In this document: positions 1 through 10,400 of the stretch, one piece after another
Numbering within the stretch: the stretch's first letter is position 1
Layout of the letters: each line of letters starts with the position of its first letter
Source of the DNA: Paraphysomonas bandaiensis
Lineage: Eukaryota; Protista; Chrysophyceae
Length of the DNA: 64,000 nt
Direction: 5' to 3'
NCBI GenBank assembly: GCA_965644295.1
Contig: CBFFRP010000314.1
Location: 1 to 64,000, forward strand
Notes under the pieces: generated by a model
The model's database searches: none
Seen by the model: the letters and a program-made list of their open reading frames with translations, nothing else
What the model was told of the DNA's origin: nothing
Translations under genes and position numbers: made by a program

Positions 1-621
1 AACAGAATCTGTTTTCTTATGAAAACATAATTAATCTGTTTTTTCTTGTAATACTTTGAACCAGAAATAGAAAACAATGTGTTATATTGTATTGCTAAAC
101 TATTAGTTTTTCAAAAGGTTACATGTTGATATTAGAATCTAAATTAAGAATTAACTGGAGAGTCTATTTGGAAAACTATCTACTCCAACATAGAAGTCTT
201 GTTTAAATTTGTGGAACAACTATAAACTATAGAGCAGTGTGTTACACGTTCACCGTACGGATTTCACGAGAAGTAACCAGTACACCGTTCAGAATACGTA
301 TATAGCTTCATACAGTATACAGAGCACGCATAAAACCCTTTTCTCATACTTCTGGTCCAAATCTTGAAAGACGAAGTTGATACAACAATGATTAATAACG
401 GAGACTTGTATAGTGATCACGAGCAGTCATTAAAAACATTATCTACTATGCTTTCACATATTTAGTTGGACATAAATTCTACATACTACTTGACGTATAG
501 ACTGATTAAGCGAAGTCAAGCATACAAATGATGACAAAAACAACGTCACATATAATTTTCTGTGGCTTCAGAGCCGCAGAATTGTAGCATCGAAGTATCA
601 TCACCACTATTCATAAAGCTA

Positions 622-1398
622 TTACTTCGATTGCAGAGCATGCGCAATAGACGGCAGAAATGTAGTAACTACTCGGCTACCAGTGTTTTGATCTATTTTC
701 GACCGTTCTAAGTACCCACACTGTACTGGTGGCTCGTCCCGCAACTTTAGCCAAGGCATCGCACTTTTCGTTTTAACTATGGACGATCTACTCGATTCTT
801 CGTCTTCCTCCCTAGGACTTAAAGTCTTTCCATTTACCTTTATTCGGCGGCCCTGAAATCTATAAACGAACTTCATATTATTGGCGGGTGAGACGTTCTT
901 GGTTCCTTTGATTCGATATTTGTTCCCCACATCTCGTTTTCGTAACATGGATGCTCTATTCGAGTTTACATGTTTTCGGATATCCTTTTCATTACCGTCA
1001 TTGGCATCCACAGTGCGGCCACGGAAGACAGATCGTCTCTCTTGACGTGGATTGCAATAATTTTTGTTGTCGAGTCTCTGATGAGATGAAAGACTCTCTT
1101 TATATGAGTGTGACAGCGACCACGTACCACTATCATCGTCCGTATCATCAGACAGCTGTAACAGCAATGAGCGGGCAATACATGAGCCTCTAGATGAGCC
1201 CACAGGAGCTGCTGAGCCTCTAGATGAGCCCACAGGAGCTGCTGAGCCTCTAGATGAGCCCACAGGAGCTGCTGAGCCTCTAGATGAGCCCACAGGAGGA
1301 AGAAACACACGCACATGCTTTATGAGCTTATCCTTATCGCCACAGGGGCGGGACAAAGGCCCTCTATGGGGTCCCCCTTGCATCACGAGATGCCACAT
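622..1398 (-). CDS. Hypothetical protein; probably two exons with intron 1314-1156 containing a 30-bp tandem repeat
   Basis: Long ORF; donor CAT|GTGCGT and acceptor TTACAG|CTG bracket the repeat. No recognisable domain; start uncertain. Confidence 0.5.
   Translation of the reverse strand: MWHLVMQGGPHRGPLSRPCGDKDKLIKHVRVFLPPVGSSRGSAAPVGSSRGSAAPVGSSRGSAAPVGSSRGSCIARSLLLQLSDDTDDDSGTWSLSHSYKESLSSHQRLDNKNYCNPRQERRSVFRGRTVDANDGNEKDIRKHVNSNRASMLRKRDVGNKYRIKGTKNVSPANNMKFVYRFQGRRIKVNGKTLSPREEDEESSRSSIVKTKSAMPWLKLRDEPPVQCGYLERSKIDQNTGSRVVTTFLPSIAHALQSK
1184..1298. repeat. 30-bp tandem repeat (GAGCCTCTAGATGAGCCCACAGGAGCTGCT), ~3.8 copies
   Basis: Directly visible identical units. Confidence 0.95.
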
Positions 1399-1892
1399 GA
1401 GAAACACACGCAGGTCATCTTGCTGGTGACACTGCTACGCATCTCTGCATGGATACACCGCACAGCACCGAACTGCACTGCGTTCCGTTCCACGCTCAGT
1501 GCTGCATAGTGAGAGAGCATATACTGCACCGTATACCGGTGTATACAGCACACTACACAAAGTACATTATACCAAAGAATACAGAGCAGGAATACATACA
1601 CATGTTGTATTCTGTTGTGCTGCTGGTGATGCTTCTGTATTTGTGTAGGTGTATACAGCGTTCCTATGCAGGTGGACGTAGGATGGAGGCTGCATATTTC
1701 GAAGCGAACCTTCTGAGCCATTCAGAAAAAAGAACGTCTGGATTGATTCTTGTGTCTGCCATGAGCAGCCCGCATAGCAACACGCACACCTGCACCTGCA
1801 CCTGCATGCCTATATCTTCATAAGAGGCAACCCGCTCTACGCTTAAGTGAACCCTTGCAAGTCAACTTGCCTCCTTGTACTTGAGCTGCTGC

Positions 1893-3335
1893 ATGAAAGT
1901 TTTCTTGACTAGGAACTCACAGTATGTTAATATATTCAGAGCTGGTCATGCTGCTATGCAGTGTGCTCAGCTGCATGGCGGACAAAACTATAGTACAAGG
2001 GCGGCTGCCTCTTACTGCGGAGAGGAGTGGGTTGATGCACTGGGTGATGATTTCAAGGATCTTTTGCTATCTTCCACACCGAGCCATTTTAGTGGCGACT
2101 ATGCGTCTACTTCCGCCTTAATTGAGTCACGGATCCGCTCCGGGGCATCCACTTCTTCCTTCTTGGTGGCTAATCTTTCTCCTGTTGTATATCAATACTT
2201 TCAGTGGTGCAAAGAACTGCCTATGGTTGAACCTTTCTATGCCGTGAAGTGTAACCCTGATCCTGTTTTTTTGCGTTTGCTTGCATCATTAGGGTGCAAC
2301 TTTGACTGTGCAACGCAAGGTGAAATGAACCTGGTGCTTAATCACCTTGGCAGTGAATTAAGCTTCGGCCCAAATGGCAAAGCAGCTACCTCGTTGATAT
2401 ATGCGCATCCTGCGAAAATGGACCATATGCTTCGATATGCCGTCCACAATAATGTGGGCATGACTGTGTTCGATGGTGAAGATGAATTGTATAAAATTGC
2501 CTCCATCAGTGGCCACGAGAAGCTCCAGGTACTACTTCGTCTGACGACAGATGACAAAGCATCGGTTTGCCAGTTTTCGAAAAAATTTGGATGTCCAGTC
2601 GAAGAAGCACCTCGTTTGCTTGAAGTGGCCAAGTCACTTGGAGTTAATGTAGCAGGTTGCTCCTTCCACGTCGGATCAGGGTGCGGTGACCCATCTGCAT
2701 ACACCACTGCCCTGGAGCATTGTTATCGTGTGTTTTCTTCTGGTGAGAAAATCGGCATGAAGCCGATGACTGTTGTAGATATAGGAGGAGGATTTCCTGG
2801 TGACACTGGTGGGTATGGTGGGGCTGATATGCCGACATTCCAAACTCTTGCTGGGGAAATAAGAAATGGGATTTCATCATTCCTTGCAGCTCTTCCGAGT
2901 ACTCGCTCGGCTGATGAAATTCGTTTCATTGCTGAGCCTGGTCGTTACTTTGTGTCGGCCTCGACAACCATCGCAACAAATATATACTCCAGGAAAGGCG
3001 GAAACGGCGATCATCAGGCACTTTACGTCGATGATGGTGTGTATGGCTCTTTTAACAACGTCGTATACGACCATGCCACTCCTATGCCACGAGTTATTCA
3101 TTGTTCACCCCAATCGACTGGTAAGAACTCTGTCCCCATTCCCACGGCAGTATTTGGTCCCACCTGTGATGGGCTGGATCAAATATGCCCTATCGACACA
3201 ACTCTTCTTCCCCGATGCGAAGTGGGTGATTGGTTGACTTTTGACAACATGGGCGCTTATACCCATACCGCATCATTTGTTTTCAACGGATATACTCATA
3301 TTCCGAACAAAGTCTACTGTTTCATTCAACAGTAG
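1893..3335 (+). CDS. ODC1: Ornithine decarboxylase (PLP fold-type III)
   Basis: Motifs PFYAVKCN (PLP lysine), FDCAT, KFGC, SFHVGSG, DIGGGF, AEPGRY, DGVYGSFN, GPTCDGLD, NMGAYT. Start at 1893 or 1956. Confidence 0.93.
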   Translation: MKVFLTRNSQYVNIFRAGHAAMQCAQLHGGQNYSTRAAASYCGEEWVDALGDDFKDLLLSSTPSHFSGDYASTSALIESRIRSGASTSSFLVANLSPVVYQYFQWCKELPMVEPFYAVKCNPDPVFLRLLASLGCNFDCATQGEMNLVLNHLGSELSFGPNGKAATSLIYAHPAKMDHMLRYAVHNNVGMTVFDGEDELYKIASISGHEKLQVLLRLTTDDKASVCQFSKKFGCPVEEAPRLLEVAKSLGVNVAGCSFHVGSGCGDPSAYTTALEHCYRVFSSGEKIGMKPMTVVDIGGGFPGDTGGYGGADMPTFQTLAGEIRNGISSFLAALPSTRSADEIRFIAEPGRYFVSASTTIATNIYSRKGGNGDHQALYVDDGVYGSFNNVVYDHATPMPRVIHCSPQSTGKNSVPIPTAVFGPTCDGLDQICPIDTTLLPRCEVGDWLTFDNMGAYTHTASFVFNGYTHIPNKVYCFIQQ

Positions 3336-3867
3336 TTCACTGTAGAGTGAAAGGAGGTCTGAACTCCTCCAATGAACCGTTCGTGGACTACACGATGGGT
3401 CAATTTCTGATATGTTTTCTTGATAGTTCTCCTAATATTATGCAAGTACTGTTGCATTTCTGATGGAGTTAAAGTTTTTATAGGACGTAGAACTGCTATT
3501 AAAGTTATGTTGAATTTTTCATTGATGTAACGCCCTGAAGTTGTCAGTGGCAATACTCTGAGACAATAATTAACTCCAATGGTTGGCCTTATTTTGCACA
3601 TGGTATAAGGAGATAAGGAGTGTGGTGTTAATATTTCAGCGAGTAGATAGTGTCTATGGAAGTCATTGATACGACGCTTCAACACGCCATCAAAGAGTTG
3701 GCACCATTGACCACTGATAACAAGTAACAAGCGCCACTCGGACTCTTCACTTGATACTTGATGATGTGATATGAGGGAGAAGACACTAAATGCTTCTAAC
3801 AACGTACATCATTCATATTTTCTACGGTACTAGCTATTGAGACCTGTGATGTGACTCGGGTATCGTG

Positions 3868-4231
3868 TATATCAGAGTTAAGCACGGACTCTTAAACGGC
3901 TAATAATAATAGTCAGTGCTTTGTTGAGATCTGAAGATTCTATATACTTGCAATTGAGTGCAGTATTATGTGAGATGCAAGGATCGAAAGATATATATGT
4001 AATTAGTACATTATATTATGTAGTATGAAACTGAAGTAGAAGTGGATGACTATACAGGATACGATCACTGAGTGTGTGGTTTGTACACTATAGTAGTAAA
4101 TGAATGGTGTTGAACACATCGAACACAACTTAGGTTCTTTATCATGTAATGTTTATAATTTCATCTTATCAGTTGAGAATAGTAAACCTTAGCAAATAAT
4201 GTCAACTTCTGTTATGCTTAACTCTGATATA
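3868..4231. mobile_element. Tiny MITE (TIR TATATCAGAGTTAAGCAC) interrupted by a solo LTR
   Basis: Removing LTR 3922-4214 and one TSD restores a ~65-bp element with perfect 18-bp inverted ends. Confidence 0.7.
3922..4214 (+). mobile_element. Solo LTR of copia family 2 (293 bp, TG...TA)
   Basis: Near-identical to the reverse complement of 62053-62345; 5-bp TSD TGCTT at 3917-3921 and 4215-4219. Confidence 0.92.
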
Positions 4232-4379
4232 TCGTAATGGCTCAATAAATCACCCATATCTGCTACGCTTGAGTAAATGATATTTTGTTAATAGAAAGTG
4301 TATATTTTCAGATTGATTACTCGAAATTAAAGTTTCACACTGATAACCTGATATTTTAAGGTCTGATCAATGTAATGCC

Positions 4380-4691
4380 TATCAAGGTTTGACATTATAT
4401 GAGAAGTATTAACTTAACAATATAAGGTAACTTATACTCAATGCTGAGAATTATAAATTATAATCAATATCTCTTATCATTCATCAATATCATGTTGTCT
4501 CCACTACCACTCATTTCTCGTACGACGATCTTACATCTTACATCGTCACTATATTCCGTTTTACCGCTATATACTGTCATTCATTCTCACAATACGATTA
4601 ACAAGACTACAACCACTGTATACTGTATACTACAGTAATTTAAATACCTTATAACTACAGCTTTCAATTGCTCTCATATAGCAACTCAACA
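4380..4691 (-). mobile_element. Solo LTR, family 3 (TG...TA)
   Basis: Homologous to 32903-33538; imperfect 5-bp TSD ATGCC/ATGTC. Confidence 0.75.
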
Positions 4692-5004
4692 ATGTCTACA
4701 ATATCCTGGATACTCCTTAGTCGAACCCGTTATGCCACCTCTACCATTGCACATTGCAATATTAAATAAAATCTAGATTATATACACGTAACTCCGGGAC
4801 TGCAAGTTTCACTATGAATTTAGTACGTCCTGTCATAAGTGATTAGTTTTCTTTAATTTTTTACTTCACTTATTTCGTGGTCTGTGTTTTGCTGAATTAT
4901 TTAAACAAATTATCGGGTGACAATATTTATGCTTTCTGCTTATGTTTAATGATGCCTACACATTGTCTACTCGAAGTACATATACTCCACAACAGTTATG
5001 ATAT

Positions 5005-8000
5005 CTATTTCGCTTTAGAACTATCTTTGTGTTGCTTTGCCAGCTTAATTGGTTCAATAATTCTACCAGCTCTAAGCATAATTTCCGGCTTTGTATTTTT
5101 GCGAACAACATGAGCCGCATTCCACTCATCTATGTCACAGTAGTGAGTACACAACAACACAAAGGTCAAAAGTTCATTACCTCCCATTGGCATTTGTATT
5201 GAGCGCTCATATTCTTCTCTTGTTTTAAAAGGGTGAGGGATATCAGCGATTTTATACTTAGCCGACGTTTTTACTCGTTTCTCCGATAGCATGACATTGG
5301 CAAGTGTACCGTCCTTTCGTCCAGCTCGCATTTCAGCGTTCTTCTCTTCAAGACTTTTCAGGAGCCGTTTTCGCTTTTGCACCACTCGTTGACTGATTCC
5401 TGTTTGTCCAGGCCCTGCCCATGCACCCCATCCAGCCTTATCTACAATATATTCGTAAAAAAACTACCATCGAATATTTCAACGAGGAATATAAGTAAAT
5501 AGGAATATCGATACTCTACAACTGACCTTCCGACAATATTTTGCGTTTTTTGTCCACAATGTTAAGTTCCTCATCCACAGCTTTTTCCTTCAGTGCATTG
5601 AATTCTTCTTCATAATCCGGCCCAGCAAACGCTTCTTGCACTAACGTCTCCTACTTGTGAGTTAAAACAAAACGATATATACGATAGACGACCAAAAACC
5701 TGGGATTTTTGCATCAACAGTGGCTTTCTAGAGTGTTTGGAGGATCCGCTTGTAGTCTTATTCGGAACGTCCAGCTTATCATTCGTTCCCATGAGTGCAG
5801 ACGTAGAACTAGTTGTTTGGGTAGTCTTAGCATTCACTATACCATTAGTACCCTTTTTGGATTTCGACGTTTTTTCACTCCTCACAGTAGCTGACGATGC
5901 ACTAGAAGGCATACCATCGTCCACAGAGGTAACCCACCCACTGACAGCTCCTGTCAGCAATCCCCCGGCTTCTTTATTGTCCTTCAGCACGCTAGTTTTC
6001 TTTTTGCCTAGACCAGTACCAATGATGGCATCCGCACTTCGCCCAGTTACTTTCGTATCTAACCAAGGGTTCGCTCCGTCATCTCCATCCTCGTTTTCAG
6101 AATCATCATGTTTTCCACTGCTTACGAGATTCATGCTACCACCACTGCCTTTAGACATCAGTATCTCCATTTCCTTCCGCGCAGCGGCCAGCTTGGCTTC
6201 ATCCTCGGCACTTCGTATTTTCTTCTGTTTTGGACCTTCATCATCGCTATCATCACCAATGCTATCCTCCATTGTCTCTATCTCACGAAGAATATTTTTC
6301 GCTTCCTCCTGAGCTTTCTCTTTACGTTGTTCCCGAGCACGCTTCATGAAATCCATTTCAAAGAGACCTCTGTACTTTCCATCAACATCTGGCTCGCTCT
6401 TATCGTCAAGCGCATCTCCAAACGCCACTGCAGTTTTCTTGGATAGGCGACTCCGACTGCTAGTACCTTCCTCATCACTCCAATCATCCCGGTTGTCGTC
6501 GCTTGCTTCAGCTGCGTCATTGGCTTTACGCTTTAGCTCTTGACCCAGTAAAACAGACTCGTGGTATGCCTCTCTGCAAAAATAGTGAATACCAGTTCAT
6601 AGAACTAAATATAAGTGTCTAGAACTAAATATAAATATAGATTTTATACACAGAAATACGAAGTATACAATATTCCAAGATATAAAGAAAACGCATATAA
6701 GATACCTCAATGATTTGCTCGTGTGTCCATGCTTTACAGCCATTCTGGCCCATTTTCCAGTGTTCTTATGCCGTAAATTCATTCTCTCTTTAATTCGTTT
6801 CACCTCCTCTTCATCTCCGCTACCTTCTTCTCCTTTAGCCATTTCAACAAGTTTCGCGTAGTCTTCATCGTTTTCCTGCTTTCGCGCCTTCTTTCGCTTC
6901 AAAATACGATGATATGCCTTGCTCTTGATTTTATTAATTCTGTGGCGTTTCATTTGCTCGTAGAAGAGAAGAGCCTTAACCTTCGCAAGGGCTGCTTGGC
7001 GTTCCTTGAGCTCCTCAGCTGATAGTTCTCTCTCACCTAGTTCATCCCCCTCCTGTTGGGCAATCTGCTCCTCACTACCCTGGCCATTCTTAAGCAGTAC
7101 CATAGAGATCTCCTTCTCCATATCTGTCACAGGCTCAAATTTCTTCACAAGAGTGCGGTAAGAAGGAAGCTGACGTTTGTCTTGTGCCAGGTCAAGAGAC
7201 ACAGCGTGCTTGTTGTCCATAACAGACTTTTGCCATTTGCTCATATCTTCACTTGTATTTTTGTACGTGATGCCTCTCTCCAAACGATCTGAATGTACCT
7301 TATGAGTGTGTTTCGGTGCAGCGGTCTTTTCTAATGTAGATAGGCGCTGTTTTAATGTCTTCACATCGCCAGTGTCATCAAGTGCCCCCAGAAGAGTGTC
7401 CAACGATACTGAGCTCGATGTATTGACTGCATCCAATAGAGCAGAATACTCGGATTCTTTTGCAGACTGTGAGCCTTTGCGTAAAGCTTCTGATGAGTGT
7501 GCTGAATCTTCTGATGCCTTGGAGAAGCGCTCAATTGCCGCCAAAAGTTTGGAATGGTTTCCTTCATCCTCATCGTTCGTATCATAATCATCGCTATCGT
7601 CAGTATCAGTGTCAAGGCCATCTACATTACCATCATCATAAGACCCGTTTTCCTCGTCACTCGAATCATCATCATTATCATTCTCTTCGTCGGAGTCTCC
7701 TCTCTCTTCCTCATCATCAGGAGTATCAGATACAGGTTTCGTCTTGGAAGTAGAGGCCCCTAACATATCAGATAGAAGCATTTCTCCACCCTCCACATCA
7801 TCCTCTTCATCCTCTTCAGAATCAACTGGACTTTGACCTCCTTTATTTCTGTTAAAGATATGACCATAGGCAGCCTCATCCTCACTGTTCCATCCTATCT
7901 CCGACCCCTCATCATCAATACTCTCATCGTCCTTAATACGATCATCATCACTGTCACTATCCACACTTGGACCAGCTCTGTTCTTCTTGTTCTTTATATG

Positions 8001-8081
8001 ACTGTCTTCGTACTTGTACACATCTCCCTTCTTCACTTTTTTCGCGGGTTTATTTGTTGACTTTCGACGAAGTTTCGCCAT
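5005..8081 (-). CDS. UTP14: U3 snoRNA-associated protein 14 (SSU processome), about 5 exons
   Basis: Motifs KRHRINKIKSKAYHRI, ERMNLRHKNTGKWA, GLFEMDFMKR, GWGAWAGPG, PHPFKTREEYERSIQMPMG/EWN; GT-AG introns join the ORF pieces. Confidence 0.92.
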
Positions 8082-8614
8082 ACTTCACTCTCAGCCACAC
8101 GAATACACTCAACGATCTTATTAATAATAATACTGTCCGCAACTATTATCAGCTCACTACAGTATCATTATCGTGAGCCCAGGCGATGAAGGCGATTGAT
8201 TATTATCATCACCTGTGGACCGTGTATTCAATCTAATGGCGCTGGTCATGTCATAAAATATGGTCCACCAGCAGCATTTTTGTCCTGGAGTTATTACAAC
8301 TTCAGCACCTTCCTGTCGGGAATTTTACTATTGTGACTTTTTACTCCTTATTTTTGGCGACAACCCACCCCAAAATATTACCAGTAAAATTGTCCAATCG
8401 AAAAAGAAGAAGAGACAAAAAAATGACGATGTTGAGAAATGCGAAGAAAGGCGAAACACATATACAGAGTACTGCTGTATATACACACATGTCTGCCATA
8501 CTTCTTCTTCTGCTGTGTAAACACACACATCACCATAACATACTCAACCAACAGTCACATTAGCGTAAAGAAAGCGACTTCATAAAGAATAAACTCTTTT
8601 ATCTTCTTGTCACA

Positions 8615-9790
8615 ATGGATACAACCAATACGGTGGAGCTGGATTGGTATGCGGTGCTTAACTGCAGCATTGAGTCAACGAAAGAGCAAATAGAGAAGGC
8701 CGCCAGACAGCTCGCCAGGAAGTATCATCCTGACCGCAATAAGAAAGCTGACGCTCCTCAATTATTTCTTAATGTACAGCGTGCGAAAGAATATTTACTG
8801 GATGATAGTAAACGTCGCACTTATGATGAGAATTTACGCAAGATTTCGAAAAGAAAAGAGTATGACCTCGCTCGTAACCGCAACATGGACAGTAAGCGAA
8901 AAAAAATGAAAGAAGATCTTGAAGCACGGCTAGGGAAAGCTGAGAAAGCTGCTCAGTCAGATGCATTTGAGAATCCACCGGAAACTAAGAAGAGCAGAAG
9001 AGAAAGAGACGAAGAAATTAGTCGTTTGCGTCGTGATGCACAGGCAAGAATGGATGCCTCCAATCAACAAGCCTCGAATGACACATTCACGGCAGAAGAT
9101 ATACTGAAACATAGATCCACAATGGCTGATAGTAGTAGTGATAGTTTAGTGCAGATTAAGGTCAAGTGGAAGCGCAATGCTATATCACACTCTGATGACT
9201 CTCTATGTCAATTATTTCGTACGTTCGGACAGATTGAAGACTGTACTATACTACAAGGAAAGGGTAACTCCGCTGTGATCACGTTTGCCACTCATGCCTC
9301 TGCTAGTGCTGCAGTTAACTCTTACGAGAATTCACATGACCTTCGAGTAACACTTCTTGGAGATAAAAAGAAGCCTGCTGTGTTTACTCATGTATATACC
9401 AACACAGGGAATGGGCACTTTAAATCTTCGTCAACCAGTAATAACAGTGGTCCCGAGTCTAGGGAATCGGACGTAATGAGAGAAGTCCGCCGTGCAGTAG
9501 AGAGAGAGCAACTTGTCAAGCAGATGATGGAGTCAGAGTCAAAAGGGTTTTACTCTGGAGCTACCAATGCCACTGAGTTCACTAGAAACACTCAGAGTAG
9601 CAACACTGTTCCATCAGCATTTCCGTCTGGTAACTCTGTACCCCAATATGGAGTGGATAGTAACTCATCTAGTACAATGTTCCAGAGCAGTAACTCTGCT
9701 AGCAATTCTCATGCTAACCTAGCTGCTAAAGAGAACGATATTTTAGCAAAAATGATGCAGCAATCGAAAAACAAATCTGTTACTGCATAA
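8615..9790 (+). CDS. DNAJC17: J-domain + RRM protein (DNAJC17/Cwc23-like)
   Basis: N-terminal J domain with HPD, coiled coil, KVKWK...LFRTFGQIE RRM typical of DNAJC17. Confidence 0.85.
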   Translation: MDTTNTVELDWYAVLNCSIESTKEQIEKAARQLARKYHPDRNKKADAPQLFLNVQRAKEYLLDDSKRRTYDENLRKISKRKEYDLARNRNMDSKRKKMKEDLEARLGKAEKAAQSDAFENPPETKKSRRERDEEISRLRRDAQARMDASNQQASNDTFTAEDILKHRSTMADSSSDSLVQIKVKWKRNAISHSDDSLCQLFRTFGQIEDCTILQGKGNSAVITFATHASASAAVNSYENSHDLRVTLLGDKKKPAVFTHVYTNTGNGHFKSSSTSNNSGPESRESDVMREVRRAVEREQLVKQMMESESKGFYSGATNATEFTRNTQSSNTVPSAFPSGNSVPQYGVDSNSSSTMFQSSNSASNSHANLAAKENDILAKMMQQSKNKSVTA

Positions 9791-10059
9791 GAAGGAAAAT
9801 TGCGTAGTTACTTTGCTATATGACCGTTGTAATATTTAATATCTGTGTGATTTAGTATGAGATCAATGTAGCAGCTGATGCTAATATTGCATCCTCCTAA
9901 TAGCGTTTCGAAATGCCATGTCTATCGAATTTTACTATCTTTGTGTTGATTGAGTTTATAGTAGTATTCTAAATCCCAGTATTATTATATGTGTCCTAAC
10001 TGCTCATGAAGCAAGCCAAAATTTAGTTACTCTTCTGTAGAATCGAGGACCATCATGTG

Positions 10060-10400
10060 GCATTAATCATTTCGGGTAGCAGAACGGTTTGGTCACGTAG
10101 CAAGCAAGCATGCTTATAATATGCTTCAACTTCTCTATTAGCAGGTCGCCTTCTTCAGGTTTTGTCACATCTCTTTGCACATTTTTCTTCTATTTTCTAC
10201 CAATGAGTCCATTGACTGCAAGATTAAGTCGGACACCAAAACAGCAGTAGATATCTCTACTCTTGTAAGCTTTCATCGTTCAGGCGTCTCATCTTATCAG
10301 TGATGATATATACTGTACATTACTTACATGGATTATCAAAATTTGTGTTGATATATAGTATATTCTGCAAAGCGATCGATATGTAAAACCAGTAAAATAT
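10060..10400. mobile_element. Degenerate hAT-derived repeat fragment
   Basis: Similar to 23505-23627 plus 23885-24030, next to a hAT dimerisation-domain remnant. Confidence 0.55.

Noticed and set aside
1761-2121. Antizyme-style +1 frameshift into ODC
   Set aside because: The frame-shifted upstream ORFs would need a -1 shift to reach ODC, and ODC has its own in-frame AUG.
5737-7753. Plus-strand ORFs antisense to UTP14 (and similar shadows of other genes)
   Set aside because: Antisense shadows of real coding regions with no motifs.
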